From: Mustelus asterias
Taxonomy: Eukaryota
DNA length: 64,000 nt
Assembly: GCF_964213995.1 (NCBI RefSeq)
Contig: NW_027590163.1
Location: forward strand, 806,001-870,000
Direction of reading: 5' to 3'
Every line of letters begins with the position of its first letter. The first letter of the stretch is position 1. Below, piece after piece: positions 24,397 through 37,180 of this stretch. The notes beneath the pieces are model-generated. The model did no database searches. It had not been told where the DNA came from and was given only the letters and a program-made list of their open reading frames with translations. A program made the translations under genes and the position numbers.

Positions 24397-25764
24397 TGAC
24401 GTGGAGATGCCAGCGTTGGACTGGGGTCAACACAGGAAGAAGTCTCACACCAGGTTAAAATCCAACAGGTTTATTTGGCAGCAAAAGCCACGAGCTTTCG
24501 GAGCGCTGCCCCTTCGTCAGATGAGTGGGAATTCTGTTCACAAACAGGGCACAGAGACACAAACTCAATTTACAGAATAATGATTGGAATGCGAGTCTTC
24601 ACAGGTAATCAAGTCTTAAAGGTACAGACAATGTGAGTGGAGAGAGCATCAAGCACAGGTTAAAGAGATGTGTATTGGCTCCAGACAGGACAGTTAGTGA
24701 GATTTTGCAAGCCCAGGCAAGTCATGGGGGTTACAGATAGTGTGACATGAACCCAAGATCCCGGTTGAGGCCGTCCTCATGTGTGTGGAACTTGGCTATC
24801 AGTCTCTGCTCAGTGATTCTGCGTTGTTGTGTGTCATGAAGGCCGCCTTGGAGAACGCTTACCCGAAGATCAGAGGCCGAATGCCTGTGACCGCTGAAGT
24901 GTTCCTCAACAGGAAGAGAACACTCTTGCCTGGTGATTGTCGAGCGGTGTTCATTCATCCGTAGTCGTAGCATCTGCATGGTCTCCCCATTGTACCATGC
25001 CTCGGGACATCCTTTCCTGGAGCGTATCAGGTAGACAACATTGGCCGAGTTGCAGGTGTATGTACCGTGTACCTGGTGGGTGGTGTTCTCACGTGAGATG
25101 ATGGCATCCATGTCGATGATCCGGCACCCTGCTGTGGCAGGGTTGTGTAGTGTTGTGGTCACTGTTCTCCTGAAGGCTGTGTAGTTTGCTGTGGACAATG
25201 GTCTGTTTGAGGTTGTGCAGTTGTTTGAAGGCAAGAAGTGGAGGTGTGGGGATGGCCTTGGAGAGATGTACATCTTCATCAATAACATGTTGAAGGCTCC
25301 GGAGAAGATGTTGTAGCTTCTCCACTCCGGGGAAGTACTGGACGACGAAGGGTACTCTGTCCGCCGTGTCCCGTGTTTGTCTTCTGAGGAGGTCGGTGCG
25401 GTTTTTCGCTGTGGCGTGTCGCAACTGTCGATCGATGAGTCGAACGCCATATCCTGTTCTTATGAGGATATCTTTCAGCGTCTGGAGGTGTCTGTTGCGA
25501 TCCTCCTCATCTGAGCAGATCCTGTGTATACGGAGGGCTTGTCCGTAGGGGATGACTTCTTTAACGTGTTTAGGGTGGAAGCTGGAGAAGTGGAGCATTC
25601 CGTGGGCTTGCGGTACAGTGAAGTGCTGCGGTGACCGTCCTTGATGGAGATGTGTGCGTCCAAAAATGCAACCGATTCCAGAGAGTAGTCCATGGTGTGT
25701 CTGATGGTGGGATGGAACTTGTTGATGTCATCATATAGTTGTTTCAGTGATTGTTCACCATGAG
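24397..25764 (-). mobile_element. 5'-truncated Penelope-like retroelement (RT thumb, GIY-YIG, pseudo-LTR), frameshifted
   Basis: VIPYGQALRIHRICSDEE; NVVYLIRSRKGCPEAWYNGET (GIY-YIG); 13-bp TSD tccggtgg(c/a)gtga at 24384-24396 and 25765-25777. Confidence 0.92.
24488..24525 (-). ncRNA. Hammerhead motif in the Penelope pseudo-LTR
   Basis: CUCAU CUGACGA A GGGGC AGC GCUCC GAAA GCUC GUGG. Confidence 0.7.
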
Positions 25765-26629
25765 TCCGGTGGAGTGAACAGGGCACTTTCACACCCGCAG
25801 CGAATGCTGGGTAACTACAGCACCATTGAACCGTGATGCTAAGAATAGAAAATAATTTGTCACCTAACTGAGATAAATTACCTTTCAAAAAATGTGTGCT
25901 GTGTTATGCTTCATTTCTAAAAGTGATTTAAACCCCTGCTCTCCTCAGCAAATGAGCAGAGGTCTTTAAACTTTTCTAACTTTCACTCCCTTTCTCCTCC
26001 CCTGACCGTGCTCTGAATGGATTCAATCCCAGAATCATTGGTTTCTCTCACTTTTTCTCTCTATTCCCTGACGCTGACTGTTCATCCCATTCTACATGCA
26101 ATCCATTCGGCCCTTCATCCCTATACTGGCTCTTTGGACAATCTATCAGATTAATTGCACTGTCAGAACAATTTATATCTGATGTAGCAGTGCAAGAGGT
26201 GAATGGGAAAGGTTTACCAGTTGATACTTCTAAGACATACAATCCTGTGGAAGGATCGACTGTCCAGTATATTAAGCAGATATTAAGGATTCACGAGTTA
26301 GTTAAGCACACAGACGAGCTGACAGAGCTGAATTCAATAACATCCCAGATACCTCAGTGACATGATTTCGAAAGAGTCAACATGGGGACTATTCTCAGTG
26401 CTATAGCGCAGATGAATTATGGAGTTAGCAGAGGCTGAAATATCCTGGAAGTTCACAATTACAAATTTTTAAAAAGTTTACTTATTTGTCACAAGTAGGT
26501 TTACATTAACTCTGCAAAGAAGTTACTGTGCATTTTGAAAGAATCCAATATACTTGTCAGGTGTCAGTGCAGACTCGATGGGCTGAATGGCCTCCTTCTG
26601 CACTGTGGAGTCTCTATGATTCTATGAAC

Positions 26630-27250
26630 TGTCTAATTGCTTTTTAAAAGACAAAATTGTACCACTCTCGATTACAACCTCTGGCAATTTTTTCCAGACA
26701 CTCATCACCCTCTATGTGAAAACGTTGCTCCTCTGGACCCTTTTGCATTTCTTTGCACTCACCTTAAACTATGCCCTCTAGTTTTAGACTCCCCTACCTT
26801 CGGGAAAAGATGTTGACTACCAAACTGATCTATGCCCCTCAATATTTTATAGACCTCTATAAGATCGCCCCTAAGCCTCCTACGCTCCAGGAAAAGGTCC
26901 CAGTCTATCCAGCCTCTCCTTATAACTCAAACTATCAAGTCCCGGTAGCATCCTGGTAAATACTTTCTGCTCTCATTCTAGTTTAATCATATCCTTTCTA
27001 TAATAGGGTGACCAGAACTATACACAATATTCCAAGTGTGGCCTTACTAATGTATTGTACAGCTTCAACAAGACGTCCCAACTCCTGTATTCAATGTTCT
27101 GACCAATGAAACCAAGCATGCTGAATGTCTTCTTCACCACTCTGTCCACCTGTGACTCCACTTTCAAGGACCTATGAACATGTCCCCCTAGATCTCTTTG
27201 TTCTATAACTCTCCCCAGTGCCCTACCATTAACTGAGTAAGTCCTGCCCT
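26630..27250 (-). mobile_element. CR1 3' fragment
   Basis: Reverse complement is similar to 12735-13100 and 57370-57920. Confidence 0.85.
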
Positions 27251-27639
27251 ATTATTATTAAATACCCACTAGCGCATTTAGCCCAGAGATCCGAGGTTAC
27301 TGTGATAACAGCACTTCAAATCATTACTGATAGAATTACCATCTATTCTGAAAGCTCCTTTGGTTGTAACTCCCTCAGAGAACACTTATCTCACTGGCAA
27401 AATAAAACACACAGCTTCTCCACAGCAGAAAGGAAACCAGTCACTTACCATTCCAAACTCTGAATGATTGGGGATGTTGTGAGTAAGTGTCCAGGACAAA
27501 CTGCTAATTGCAAGGTGAAAGTACTTCAGCAGCAGGACTTCATGAAGAGGGTGATGGTAGTAACCAGGCACATCAACCAGTGATGTGGAAAATACGGTTT
27601 GATGAATGTTTATAATATCTCTAACACAGGTTAGTTCCT

Positions 27640-27812
27640 ACATTGGGTACACTGAGGGAGAATTTAGCACAGTACGAGGAAAAGGGAGCACCCAGAGGAT
27701 AGGGGGAGAATGTGCAGACTCTGCGCAGATTGTGACCCAAGCTGGGAATCGAACCCAGATCCTTGGTACTGTGAGACAGCAGTGCTAACCACTGTGCCAC
27801 CGTGTCGCCCGC
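27640..27812 (-). mobile_element. Diverged, internally deleted V-SINE
   Basis: tRNA head ggtggcacagtggttagcactgctg on the minus strand. Confidence 0.7.
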
Positions 27813-28061
27813 CAGTCTGCATTTAAGTGTTCCTGGTGTGATAAACTGATCCAACTCTTCCCAGCTAACACCATTCCATATCCCCATCTGTGTTGCAGAT
27901 TTTAATGTGATTGCCCAAAATAGGAAACGCACATCTTTTAACCATTTTGAATTAGTACATGCCCTCCATACACGCCAAAATAGATTGTCTTTAAGATCGG
28001 TTGTTCCTTTATAGTGTGTTTGTTCTGAATGTTGACAGTATTAACCTTCTCTCTAATCTGT

Positions 28062-29155
28062 CCTAATTAGCATGGATAGAGGATTGGTGAACTAACAGAA
28101 AGCAAAGAGTGGGGGTAAATGGGTGTTTTTCTGGTTGGCGATCAGTGACTAGTGGTGTGCCTCAGGGATCAGTGTTGGGACTGCAATTGTTTACGGTTTA
28201 CATAGATGATTTGGAGTTGGGGACCAAGTGTAGTGTGTCAAAATTCGCAGATGACACTAAGATGGGTGGCAGAGCAAAGTGTGCAGAGGACGCTAAAAGT
28301 CTGCAAAGGGATATAGATAGTCTCAGTGAGTGGGCGAGGGTCTGGCAGATGGAGTACAATGTTGGTAATTGTGAGGTCATCCATTTTGATAGAAATAACA
28401 GCAAAACTGACTGTTATTTAAATGGTAAAAAATTGCAGCATGCTGTTGTGCAGAGGGACCTGGGTGTCCTTGTGCAGGAATCTCAAGGAGTTGGTTTGCA
28501 GGTGCAGCAGGTAATTAAGAAGGCAAATGGAATTTTGTCCTTCATTGCTAGAGGGATGGAGTTTAAAAACCATGAGGTTATGTTGCAGCTGTATAAGGTG
28601 CTGCTGAGGCCACACCTGGAGTACTGTGTACAGTTTTGGTCTCCTTACTTGAGAAAGGATATACTGGCTCTGGAGAGGGTGCAGAGGAGGTTCACTAGGT
28701 TGATTCCAGAGTTGAGAGGGTTGGCTTATGAGGAGAGACTGAGTAAATTGGGGCTATACTCATTGGAATTCAGAAGAATGAGAGGAGATCTTATAGAAAC
28801 ATATAAGATTATGAAGGGAATAGATAAGATAGAAGCAGGGAAGTTGTTTCCACTGGCGGGTGAAACTAGAACTTGGGGGCATAGCCTCAAAATAAGGGGA
28901 AGCAGATTTAGGACTGAGTTGAGGAGGAACTTCTTCACACAAAGGGTTGCGAATCTGTGGAATTCCCTGGCCAGTGAAGCAGTTGGGGCTACCTCATTGA
29001 ATGTTTTTAAGGCAAGGATAGATAAATTATTGAACAGTAAAGGAATTAAGGGCTATGGTGAGCGGGCGGGTAAGTGGAGCTGAATCCACAAAAAGATCAG
29101 CCATGAGGCTCGAGGGGCCAGATGGCCTACTCCTGCTCCTAGTTCTTATGTTCTT
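28062..29155 (+). mobile_element. 5'-truncated CR1 LINE (RT C-terminal half, open 324 aa)
   Basis: SGVPQGSVLG, KFADDTK and RPHLEYCVQFWSP motifs; tail ttcttatgttctt. Confidence 0.95.
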
Positions 29156-29246
29156 CCCACAATCCCCACATTTCCATGGTATCTCCCTGTGACTGCAATT
29201 ATGTTCCAAAAGGCCAGATGATTGGTTGAAGCTTTCACCACACCTG
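29153..29246 (-). pseudogene. ZF gene fragment cut by the CR1 3' end
   Basis: [31 protein letters not shown]. Confidence 0.65.
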
Positions 29247-29624
29247 ACTAAACCTCTGACTAACCTGACTAAAACTGAGGATAAAGTATTGGTGTCTGTA
29301 AGGGCTAAAACAATACCCTTGGCTTCCTTGTAGATCTGTGGCACCAAGTTCAAGACTCCTTCATGAATCATCCTCTTGGCCTCTTGCCTGTCAACTGTCC
29401 ATGAGAATCTCATGTTTCAGAATGTTCACTGCTCATTCTTCCAAACCTAATGAGTATAGGTGCAACCCTTCCCCAAAAGACAACGAGTTGGATTCTGCGG
29501 CCTCACTTGCCCCAAAACTGGAGAATTCCCCTCGAGGTCAAAGGAGCTTTGTGTGGTCCACCCCCCGGCCTGCTACGATTCCTGTGGTGGGTGGGATGGG
29601 AGAATTCTCCCCTACACCTTCACA

Positions 29625-30160
29625 ACCTTTCCTCAAAAGGCAACACCTTCATCTTAGGAATGGGCCTGGTGAACTTTCTCTGAACTCATTCCAATGAAAG
29701 CATGTCATTCCATAAGTAGGGAGACCAGAACCGTACACAGTATTCCAGCTGCTCTCTCAGCAATGTCCTGTGTAGGTGCAGCAAGTTCCCTTTTTCAAAC
29801 TCCACCCCCTTGCAGTAAAGTCCAACACTCCATTTGCCTTCTTCTTTACTTGCTGTACCTTCATCCTATTTGTTCACGATTCATGTACAAGGTCACCCAG
29901 ATTCCTCTCTACGGCAGTATTCTTCAGTTTCTGTATATTTAAACAATTTTTTGCTTCTCTATTCTTCCTGCCAAAGTGGAAAAGCTCCCACTTTTCCGCA
30001 CTATACTCCATCTGCCATTTTTCTGTCCATTCAGGTAACTTATCTGTGCCCCTTACAGATTTTTTGTAATAACCTCACAACTTGCTTTTCTACCTATCTT
30101 TGTATCATCAAATCTGGCTTCATCCAAGTCATTGATCAAGGTGGCTGTTTTTCTCTCTCT
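29625..30160 (-). mobile_element. Degenerate CR1 RT fragment
   Basis: INDLDEARFDDTKIGRK and decayed downstream motifs. Confidence 0.65.
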
Positions 30161-30849
30161 CAGTTGTGGGTGATATTTGTCTCTATTCTCCTGGAAACTG
30201 AATGAATCTTGTTCCAAACTGGGTTCAATATCAGACATTTCAGGGAGTCAGGAATCATTCGCCCCTGAACCTACACTGGTAAAACCCCAGACAGTTCCTC
30301 AGTAAGGATTTTTCTGGTTCCTCACCATATATTAGTCAGGAGACTGAAACCCAGCCTTTTTTACAGTCCACTCCTGGAGGTCCCACTCCCTGAGCCGACA
30401 ACATTCAGCAGTGTCAGTGCTGAAGTTTCACAGTGGGAGTGATTCCCAGAGTAACTGTCAATCAGATCACCATTGATGTCCAGGTTTGTGTATTTTTAGT
30501 TATCCGGATGTCTAACACACACACACATCAATAAAACAGGGAATTCCTGCAAACAAACTGCAGCGTCTTCTCTATCTGGAGATCCAATGCTTGTTGAATA
30601 ATTGTCCCAGCGGTTAACAGGCTCCTGTGAACTCATCCAACTCGTATTTTAATACTGACTTTAACAAATATATTTTAAACAGGTTTATTTTAAATGAGTT
30701 AAAACCAGCCTTAAAATGGTATATATAGTATAACAACCATAGTACTTTCCAGACTGGAAACTTTAACCTGCTGTTTCACTTTGATTTAGGAGCAGATCCC
30801 AGTTTTACACCAATCTCTGATTCATGTATCCAGCATTCACCGTCATTCT

Positions 30850-31025
30850 AAAAACAGAAGTTGCTGCAAAATCTCAGTAAGTCTGACAGAATCTGTAAAG
30901 ACAGGAACAGTTAATGTTTCCAGTTGAATGTGACTCTTCTTCAGTGTCAAAACATTAGCTCTGTTTCTCTCTCCAGAGATGCTGTCAGACCTGCTGAGTT
31001 TTTACAGCACTTCTTGTTTTTATTT
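30850..31025. mobile_element. Short hairpin (inverted-repeat) element of the second hammerhead family, decayed
   Basis: Arms aaaacagaag...atctcag...tctgacag and ctgtcagacctgctgag...cttgtttt; minus-strand remnant CUGAAGA A GAGUC...GAAAC. Confidence 0.55.
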
Positions 31026-31165
31026 ACGAGTTCAGGACTCAGACAAGACAATCCACAATACAAATCTTACAACTGGGCCAGGGTTTATTAACATCAGCAG
31101 AAACAGACACCAATGAAAATGGTTGGGACCTCGATGTGATTAACAGCAAAATCCAGTCCTTGCAG

Positions 31166-31840
31166 TCACTCATGAACATGATGGTGTTTCAGCAGGTGAG
31201 GTGACTGAGTGAATCCCTTCCCACACACGGAGCAGGTGAATGGCCTGTCCCCAGTGTGAATTCGCTGGTGCTTTACCAGGTTGGATGATTGACTGAATCC
31301 CTTACCACAACTAGAGCAGGTGAATGGTCTCTCCCCGGTGTGAACTCGCTGGTGCCTCCGCAGGCTGGATGAACAAGTGAATCCCTCCCCACACTGAGGG
31401 CAGCTGAATGGCGTCTCCCCAGTGTGAACTCGCTGGTGTTTCCGCAGGTTGGATAACTGAGTGAATCCCTTCCCACACTGAGAGCAGCTGAATGGCCTCT
31501 CCCCAGTGTGAACTCGCTGGTGTGTCTGCAGGTGGGATGAACAAGTGAATCCCTTCCCACACTGAGGACATGTAAATGGTCTCTCCCCAGTGTGAACTCG
31601 CTGGTGCCTCCGCAGGTGGGATGAACAAGTGAATCCCTTCCCACACTGAGAGCAGGTGAACGGTCTCTCCCCAGTGTGAACTCGCTGGTGTGTCCGCAGG
31701 CTGGATAAATGACTGAATCCCTCCCCACACTGAGAGCAGTTGAATGGTCTCTCCCCAGTGTGGCTGCACCAATGAGTTTCCAGCTGAGAATGGGATCTGT
31801 ATCTCTTCCCACAGTCCACACATTTCCATGGTATCTCCAT
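31166..31840 (-). CDS. C2H2 ZF protein ZF5, 224 aa, 8 fingers
   Basis: ATG at 31840 ([12 protein letters not shown]), open to TGA; the ORF-track start at 31876 is TTG. Confidence 0.88.
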   Translation of the reverse strand: MEIPWKCVDCGKRYRSHSQLETHWCSHTGERPFNCSQCGEGFSHLSSLRTHQRVHTGERPFTCSQCGKGFTCSSHLRRHQRVHTGERPFTCPQCGKGFTCSSHLQTHQRVHTGERPFSCSQCGKGFTQLSNLRKHQRVHTGETPFSCPQCGEGFTCSSSLRRHQRVHTGERPFTCSSCGKGFSQSSNLVKHQRIHTGDRPFTCSVCGKGFTQSPHLLKHHHVHE

Positions 31841-32779
31841 GATGCAGGTGTCCTTGCCTCTCTCTTGGGTGGACAATCAGTTGAAGCCTCGTCCACACTC
31901 ACATCACGGGTACAGTCTCTCCCCGCTGTGAATGGTGTGATATTTATTCAGGCTGTGTAACTGGTTAAAGCTCTTTAGTCAGTGCACTGGAAGACTCTCA
32001 CTCGAGTGTGGCAGTGTGTTGGTGCTTTTCCAGTCACACTGATGGTCGAACTCTTTTCAAATCGACAAACTGGACAATAATTTCTCCTTCGAGATTCAAT
32101 GGCTGATGATATTCAGCTCCCATGGAATATGACTCTGTCAGATCTAGACGTGACGTTTGAGATTTCAGTCTGTGATTCCTCTTTCAATATCCTGTGAAAC
32201 AAGTTTACAAAAGTCATCAGTGTCAGTGCAGGATAGAAATTCAGAACAGACAAATCTAGTTTCTATCGAACATTCTTTCCTATTTCAGTCCCCAAAAAGG
32301 TGTAAATCTCCAGCCCACACACTCTCCCTCCATTCTCACCCTGCTGTATCTAATATTCACCTCCTAATTCTCCTGAAGGTGCTGATTGAGGCTGATTGAC
32401 AGATCCATGCTCACTGCTTCCTGTCCTGTACACAGAGACCATAACAAATAGGAGCTGCAGTCGGCTATTTGGCTCATCGCGTCTTTTAAACTATTCAGTG
32501 AGATAATTTGTTCATCTACCTCAGCATCATTCTCCCCACACTAAACCCATATCCCTTGATATCTTCAATATCTAGAAACCAATCAATCTCTCTCTTGAAA
32601 ATAGTTGATGACTGAGGCTTCACTGTCCTCAGGGGTTGAGAATTCCAAATCTTCACCACATCCTTGAGTGAAGAAATCCCCCCACATCTTAGCTTTTGCT
32701 CCATCTTCTTGTCTGTTCCCCATAACCCTTGACACCCTTGTCAGTCAAAGATCTGTCTAACTGGAATATATTCAATGAT

Positions 32780-33037
32780 CCTGAGTATAGGAGTTGGGTG
32801 TTATAGTTGTATGAGTCGTTGGTGAGGCTGCACTTGGAGCATTGTGTACAGTTTTTGTAACCCTGTAATAGGAAAGACATTGATAAACTGGAAAGAGTGC
32901 AAAGAAGATTTATGAGGATGTTGCCGACTGATCGCGAGACGTTGGACAGGCTAGGGCTTTATTCCTTCGAACGTAGGAGAATGTGGGGTGACCATATTGA
33001 GGTGTATTAAATAATGAGGGGCATAGATAGGATGAAC
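32780..33037 (+). mobile_element. Older CR1 fragment (host); continues at 35222-35556
   Basis: Collinear CR1 3' sequence across the nested insertion. Confidence 0.75.
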
Positions 33038-35221
33038 AGAGGGAAATATGATAGGATGAGGGATGAATTGGCTAAGGTAGACTGGGAGAGCAGGCTGGCA
33101 GGTAGGATAGCTGAGGAACAGTGGAGGATTTTTAAGGAGATCCTTTTCAGTTCTCAGCAAAAATATATTCCAGCAAAAAACAAGGATTGTAAGAAAAGGG
33201 AGAACCAGCCGTGGATAACAAAGGAAATAAAGGAGAGTATTAAAATAAAAACAGCTGCGTACAGAGTGGCCAAAATAGTGGAGAAACAAGTGATTGGGAA
33301 AAATTTAAGAAACAACAAAGAGAGACTACGAAAGCGATAAAGAAAGGAAGGATAGACTATGAAGCTAGGCTAGCAATTAATATAAAAAATGATAGTAAAA
33401 GTTTTTATAAATATATAAAAAGGAATAGAGTGGCTAGAGTTAATGTTGGACCCTTGGAGGACGAGAGGGGGGAGTTAATAGTGGGAAATGAGGATATGGC
33501 TGAGTCTTTAAATAAGTTTTTTGTGTCGGTCTTCACGGTGGAGGACACAAATAGTTTGCCAAATATTAACGATAGAGGGTTGGCAGCAGGAGAAATACTT
33601 AATACAATTAATGTTACCAGAGAGGCAGTGCTGGGTAGACTAATGGGACTGAAGGTGGACAAGTCCCCGGGTCCGGATGGAATGCATCCCAGGGTATTGA
33701 AAGAAATGTCAGAGGTAATAGTGGATGCGTTAGTGATTATTTATCAAAACTCGTTGCATTCTGGGGTAGTGCCGGTTGATTGGAAAACGGCTAATGTTAC
33801 GCCGCTGTTTAAAAAAGGAAGGAGACAAAAGGCGGGTAACTATAGGCCGGTCAGCTTAACGTCTGTAGTAGGGAAAATGCTGGAATCCATTATTAAAGAG
33901 GAGATAGCAGGGCATCTGGATAGAAATGGTTCGATCAATCAAACGCAGCATGGATTCATGAGGGGAAAGTCGTGCTTGACGAACATGTTGGATTTTTATG
34001 AAGATGTGACTAGGGCGGTTGATGGAGGAGAACCGGTGGATGCGGTGTTTTTGGATTTCCAAAAGGCGTTTGATAAGGTGCCCCATAAAAGGCTGCTGAA
34101 GAAGATTAGGGCACACGGAGTTGGGGGTAGTGTGTTAAAGTGGATTGGGGACTGGCTATCCGACAGGAAGCAAAGAGTCGGAATAAATGGGTGTTTTTCC
34201 GGTTGGAGGAAGGTAACTAGTGGCGTGCCGCAGGGATCGGTACTCGGGTCGCAACTATTTACCATTTATATAGATGATCTGGAGGAGGGGACGGAGTGTA
34301 GGGTAATGAAGTTTGCAGACGACACAAAGATAAGTGGAAAAGTGAATCGTGTGGAGGACGGAGAAGATCTGCAGAGAGATTTGGACAGGCTGAGTGAGTG
34401 GGCGAGGATATGGCAAATGGAGTATAACGTTGAGAAATGCGAGGTTATACACTTTGGAGGAAATAATAACAAATGGGATTACTATCTCAATGGAAACAAA
34501 TTAAAACATGCTACCGTGCAAAGGGACCTGGGGGTCCTTGTGCATGAGACGCAAAAGCCCAGTCTGCAGGTACAACAGGTGATCAAGAAGGCAAATGGGA
34601 TGTTGGCCTATATTGCGAGGGGGATAGAATATAAAAGCAGGGATGTCTTGATGCACCTGTACAGGGCATTGGTGAGGCCGCAGCTGGAATACTGTGTGCA
34701 GTATTGGTCCCCTTATATGAGGAAGGATATATTGGCATTGGAGGGAGTGCAGAGAATGTTCACCAGGTTGATACCGGAGATGAGGGGTTTGGATTATGAG
34801 GAGAGGCTGAGGAGATTGGGTTTGGATGAGGGGGGATCTTATGGAGACTTATAAGATAATGCGGGGGCTGGATAGGGTGGAGGCGGAGAGATTCTTTCCA
34901 CTTAGTAAGGAAGTTAAAACTAGAGGACACAGCCTCAAAATAAAGGGGGGTCGGTTTAAGACAGAGTTGAGGAGGAACTTCTTCTCCCAGAGGGTGGTGA
35001 ATCTCTGGAATTCTCTGCCCACTGAGGTGGTGGAGGCTACCTCGCTGAATATGTTTAAAGCGCGGATGGATGGATTCCTGATCGGTAAGGGAATTAAGGG
35101 TTATGGGGATCAGGCGGGTAAGTGGTACTGATCCACGTCAGATCAGCCATGATCTTATTGAATGGCGGGGCAGGCTCGAGGGGCTAGATGGCCTACTCCT
35201 GCTCCTATTTCTTATGTTCTT
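33038..35221 (+). mobile_element. Young 5'-truncated CR1 LINE nested in an older CR1; full RT domain, frameshifted
   Basis: KSPGPDG, NYRPVSLTS, DFQKAFDKVPH, PQGSVLG and FADD motifs; TSD atgaac at 33032-33037 and 35222-35227. Confidence 0.95.
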
Positions 35222-36383
35222 ATGAACCCACATTGTCTTTTTGCCAGGGTAGGGGAATTGAAAACTAGAGGGCATAGGTTTAAGGTGAGAGGGGAAAGAT
35301 TAAAAGGGACCTGAGGGGCAACTTGCAGAGGGTGGTGTGTACATGGAATGAGCTGCCAGAGAAAGTGGTTGAGGCAGGTTCAAACAGGAGGTTTAAACAT
35401 TTAAAAAGCATTTGGATAAGTACATGAATTGGAAAGGATTAGAGGGATATGAGCCAAACATGGGCAATTGGGACTAGCTAGGAGGGCACCATGGTTGGCA
35501 TGGATCAGTTGGGCCAAAGGGCCTGTTTCCGTGCTGTATTGCTCTGTGACTCTATGTGCTGGCTGCATCAGCATCTATTGCCCATAACTCATTGCCCTTG
35601 AACTGAGTGGTTTGCATTGCTGGGGGATGTGGTAGATTTCCTTCTTTAAAGGACATCATTAAATCGGATGGATTTTTACAACAATTGTCATCAATGGACT
35701 TCTAATTCTAGATTTGAACTGAATTCAAATTTCAATATTTGCCACTGTGAGATTCGAACCCAGGGTTCACAGTGTATTGCCCTGGATCCCTGTATTACTA
35801 ATCCAATCACACTATCACTGCACCATTGCCTGCCCATCCATGGTAAAGGAGTCACAATAGCCCGAGATCCATGGAATCAGAGCATGCTCTGAATTTAAAT
35901 TAATGCTCACTAACATTCACCCCAAAACAATTTCACTGTTTTCAACATTTTAAAATCTGCTGCAGCTGAAAAGATCTGAGAGAGATTGGTGTCTGGGAAA
36001 AATGTTGCAATCTTCAAATCTTCTCCCTGTAAATAAGGAAAGTTATAGGTGTAATTCAAGGTTAGAAATTCAAGACAGACAAACATTTCTTTTGGTCTGA
36101 GTTTGCTGTGTGTAAATCCTCCCCTTCTAACCCCCTGTAAAAGGAGTTTCCAAAATCCATCAGCATCTGCCCAGAACAGAGATTCAAAACATTCACTCCT
36201 CCTTTAACCTGGCACAGAATTACTTTAGCTGGGACAAAATTGCAGTGGAGGCAGTTCAGGGAAGGTCCAGTTGGTTGATTCCTGAATTGAGGAGTTTTAT
36301 CTTTCAGGTTGAGCAGTTTGGGCCTGTACTCATTGGAGTTTAGAAGACTGAGAAGTAATCTGAATGAAACATCTGGGGATTTA

Positions 36384-36680
36384 AGGGCGGCATGGTGGCT
36401 AGCACTGCTGTCTCACAGCGCCAGGGTCCCAGGTTCAATTCCGGCCTTGGGTCACAGTCTGGATGGAGTTTGCACATTCTCCCCATGTCTGCGCGGGTTT
36501 CCTCCAGGTGCTCTGGTTTCCTCCCACAGTCCAAAGACTGTGGTTCGGTGGATTGGCTATGCTAAATTGACCCTAGTGTCAAATGCATGGGGTTGTGGGG
36601 ATGGGGCCTGGGTGGGATTGTGGTCAGTACAGACTTGATGGGCCAAATGGCCTCCTTCTGCACTGTAGGGTTTCTATGAT
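36384..36680 (+). mobile_element. V-SINE inserted in a degenerate CR1 (~36230-36995)
   Basis: Head, V-domain and (ttctatg) tail. Confidence 0.85.
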
Positions 36681-37039
36681 TCATATGATATAAGGTGCTT
36701 GACAAGGTCGATGCTGAGAGGATGTTTCCTCTGGTGTGGAAATCAAGTAAAAATAAAGGATCTCAAAATTAAGATGAAGATGAAGAGAGATCTTTTCTCT
36801 CAGCGGGTTGTTGATCTTTGGAACTCTGTCTTCACCAGTGAGGATTGGAGGCAGGTCATTGAATATATTCAAAGCTGAGGATTTGATCCACAAGAAAGTC
36901 AAGGGTATGGACGGGGTGGGGGAGCAAAGTAGACATGATCTTATTGAATGATGCAGCAGGCTCGATGGGCCGAATGACGGGCTCCTGTTCCGAATTCTTA
37001 TTCCAATGCACTTGGATAGCTGTGCATGAGCCCTGCAAC

Positions 37040-37180
37040 ATATTGTCCCTCTGAAGACAGAGGTTCTGAACCAGCCCCCGAAACCACGCCCATTGTGACC
37101 CGCCACCGACAGCAGCGCATGCGCTCTCCGTCTCCGCTGAAACAAGATGGCGGCCGATAACTGGGACCTGTTCCCGAGAT
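37040..37180 (-). promoter_or_regulatory. Left half of a type B CpG cassette, split by Penelope
   Basis: GCGCATGCGC at ~37115; YY1-type CAAGATGGCGGC at 37143; collinear with 11990-12060. Confidence 0.7.
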
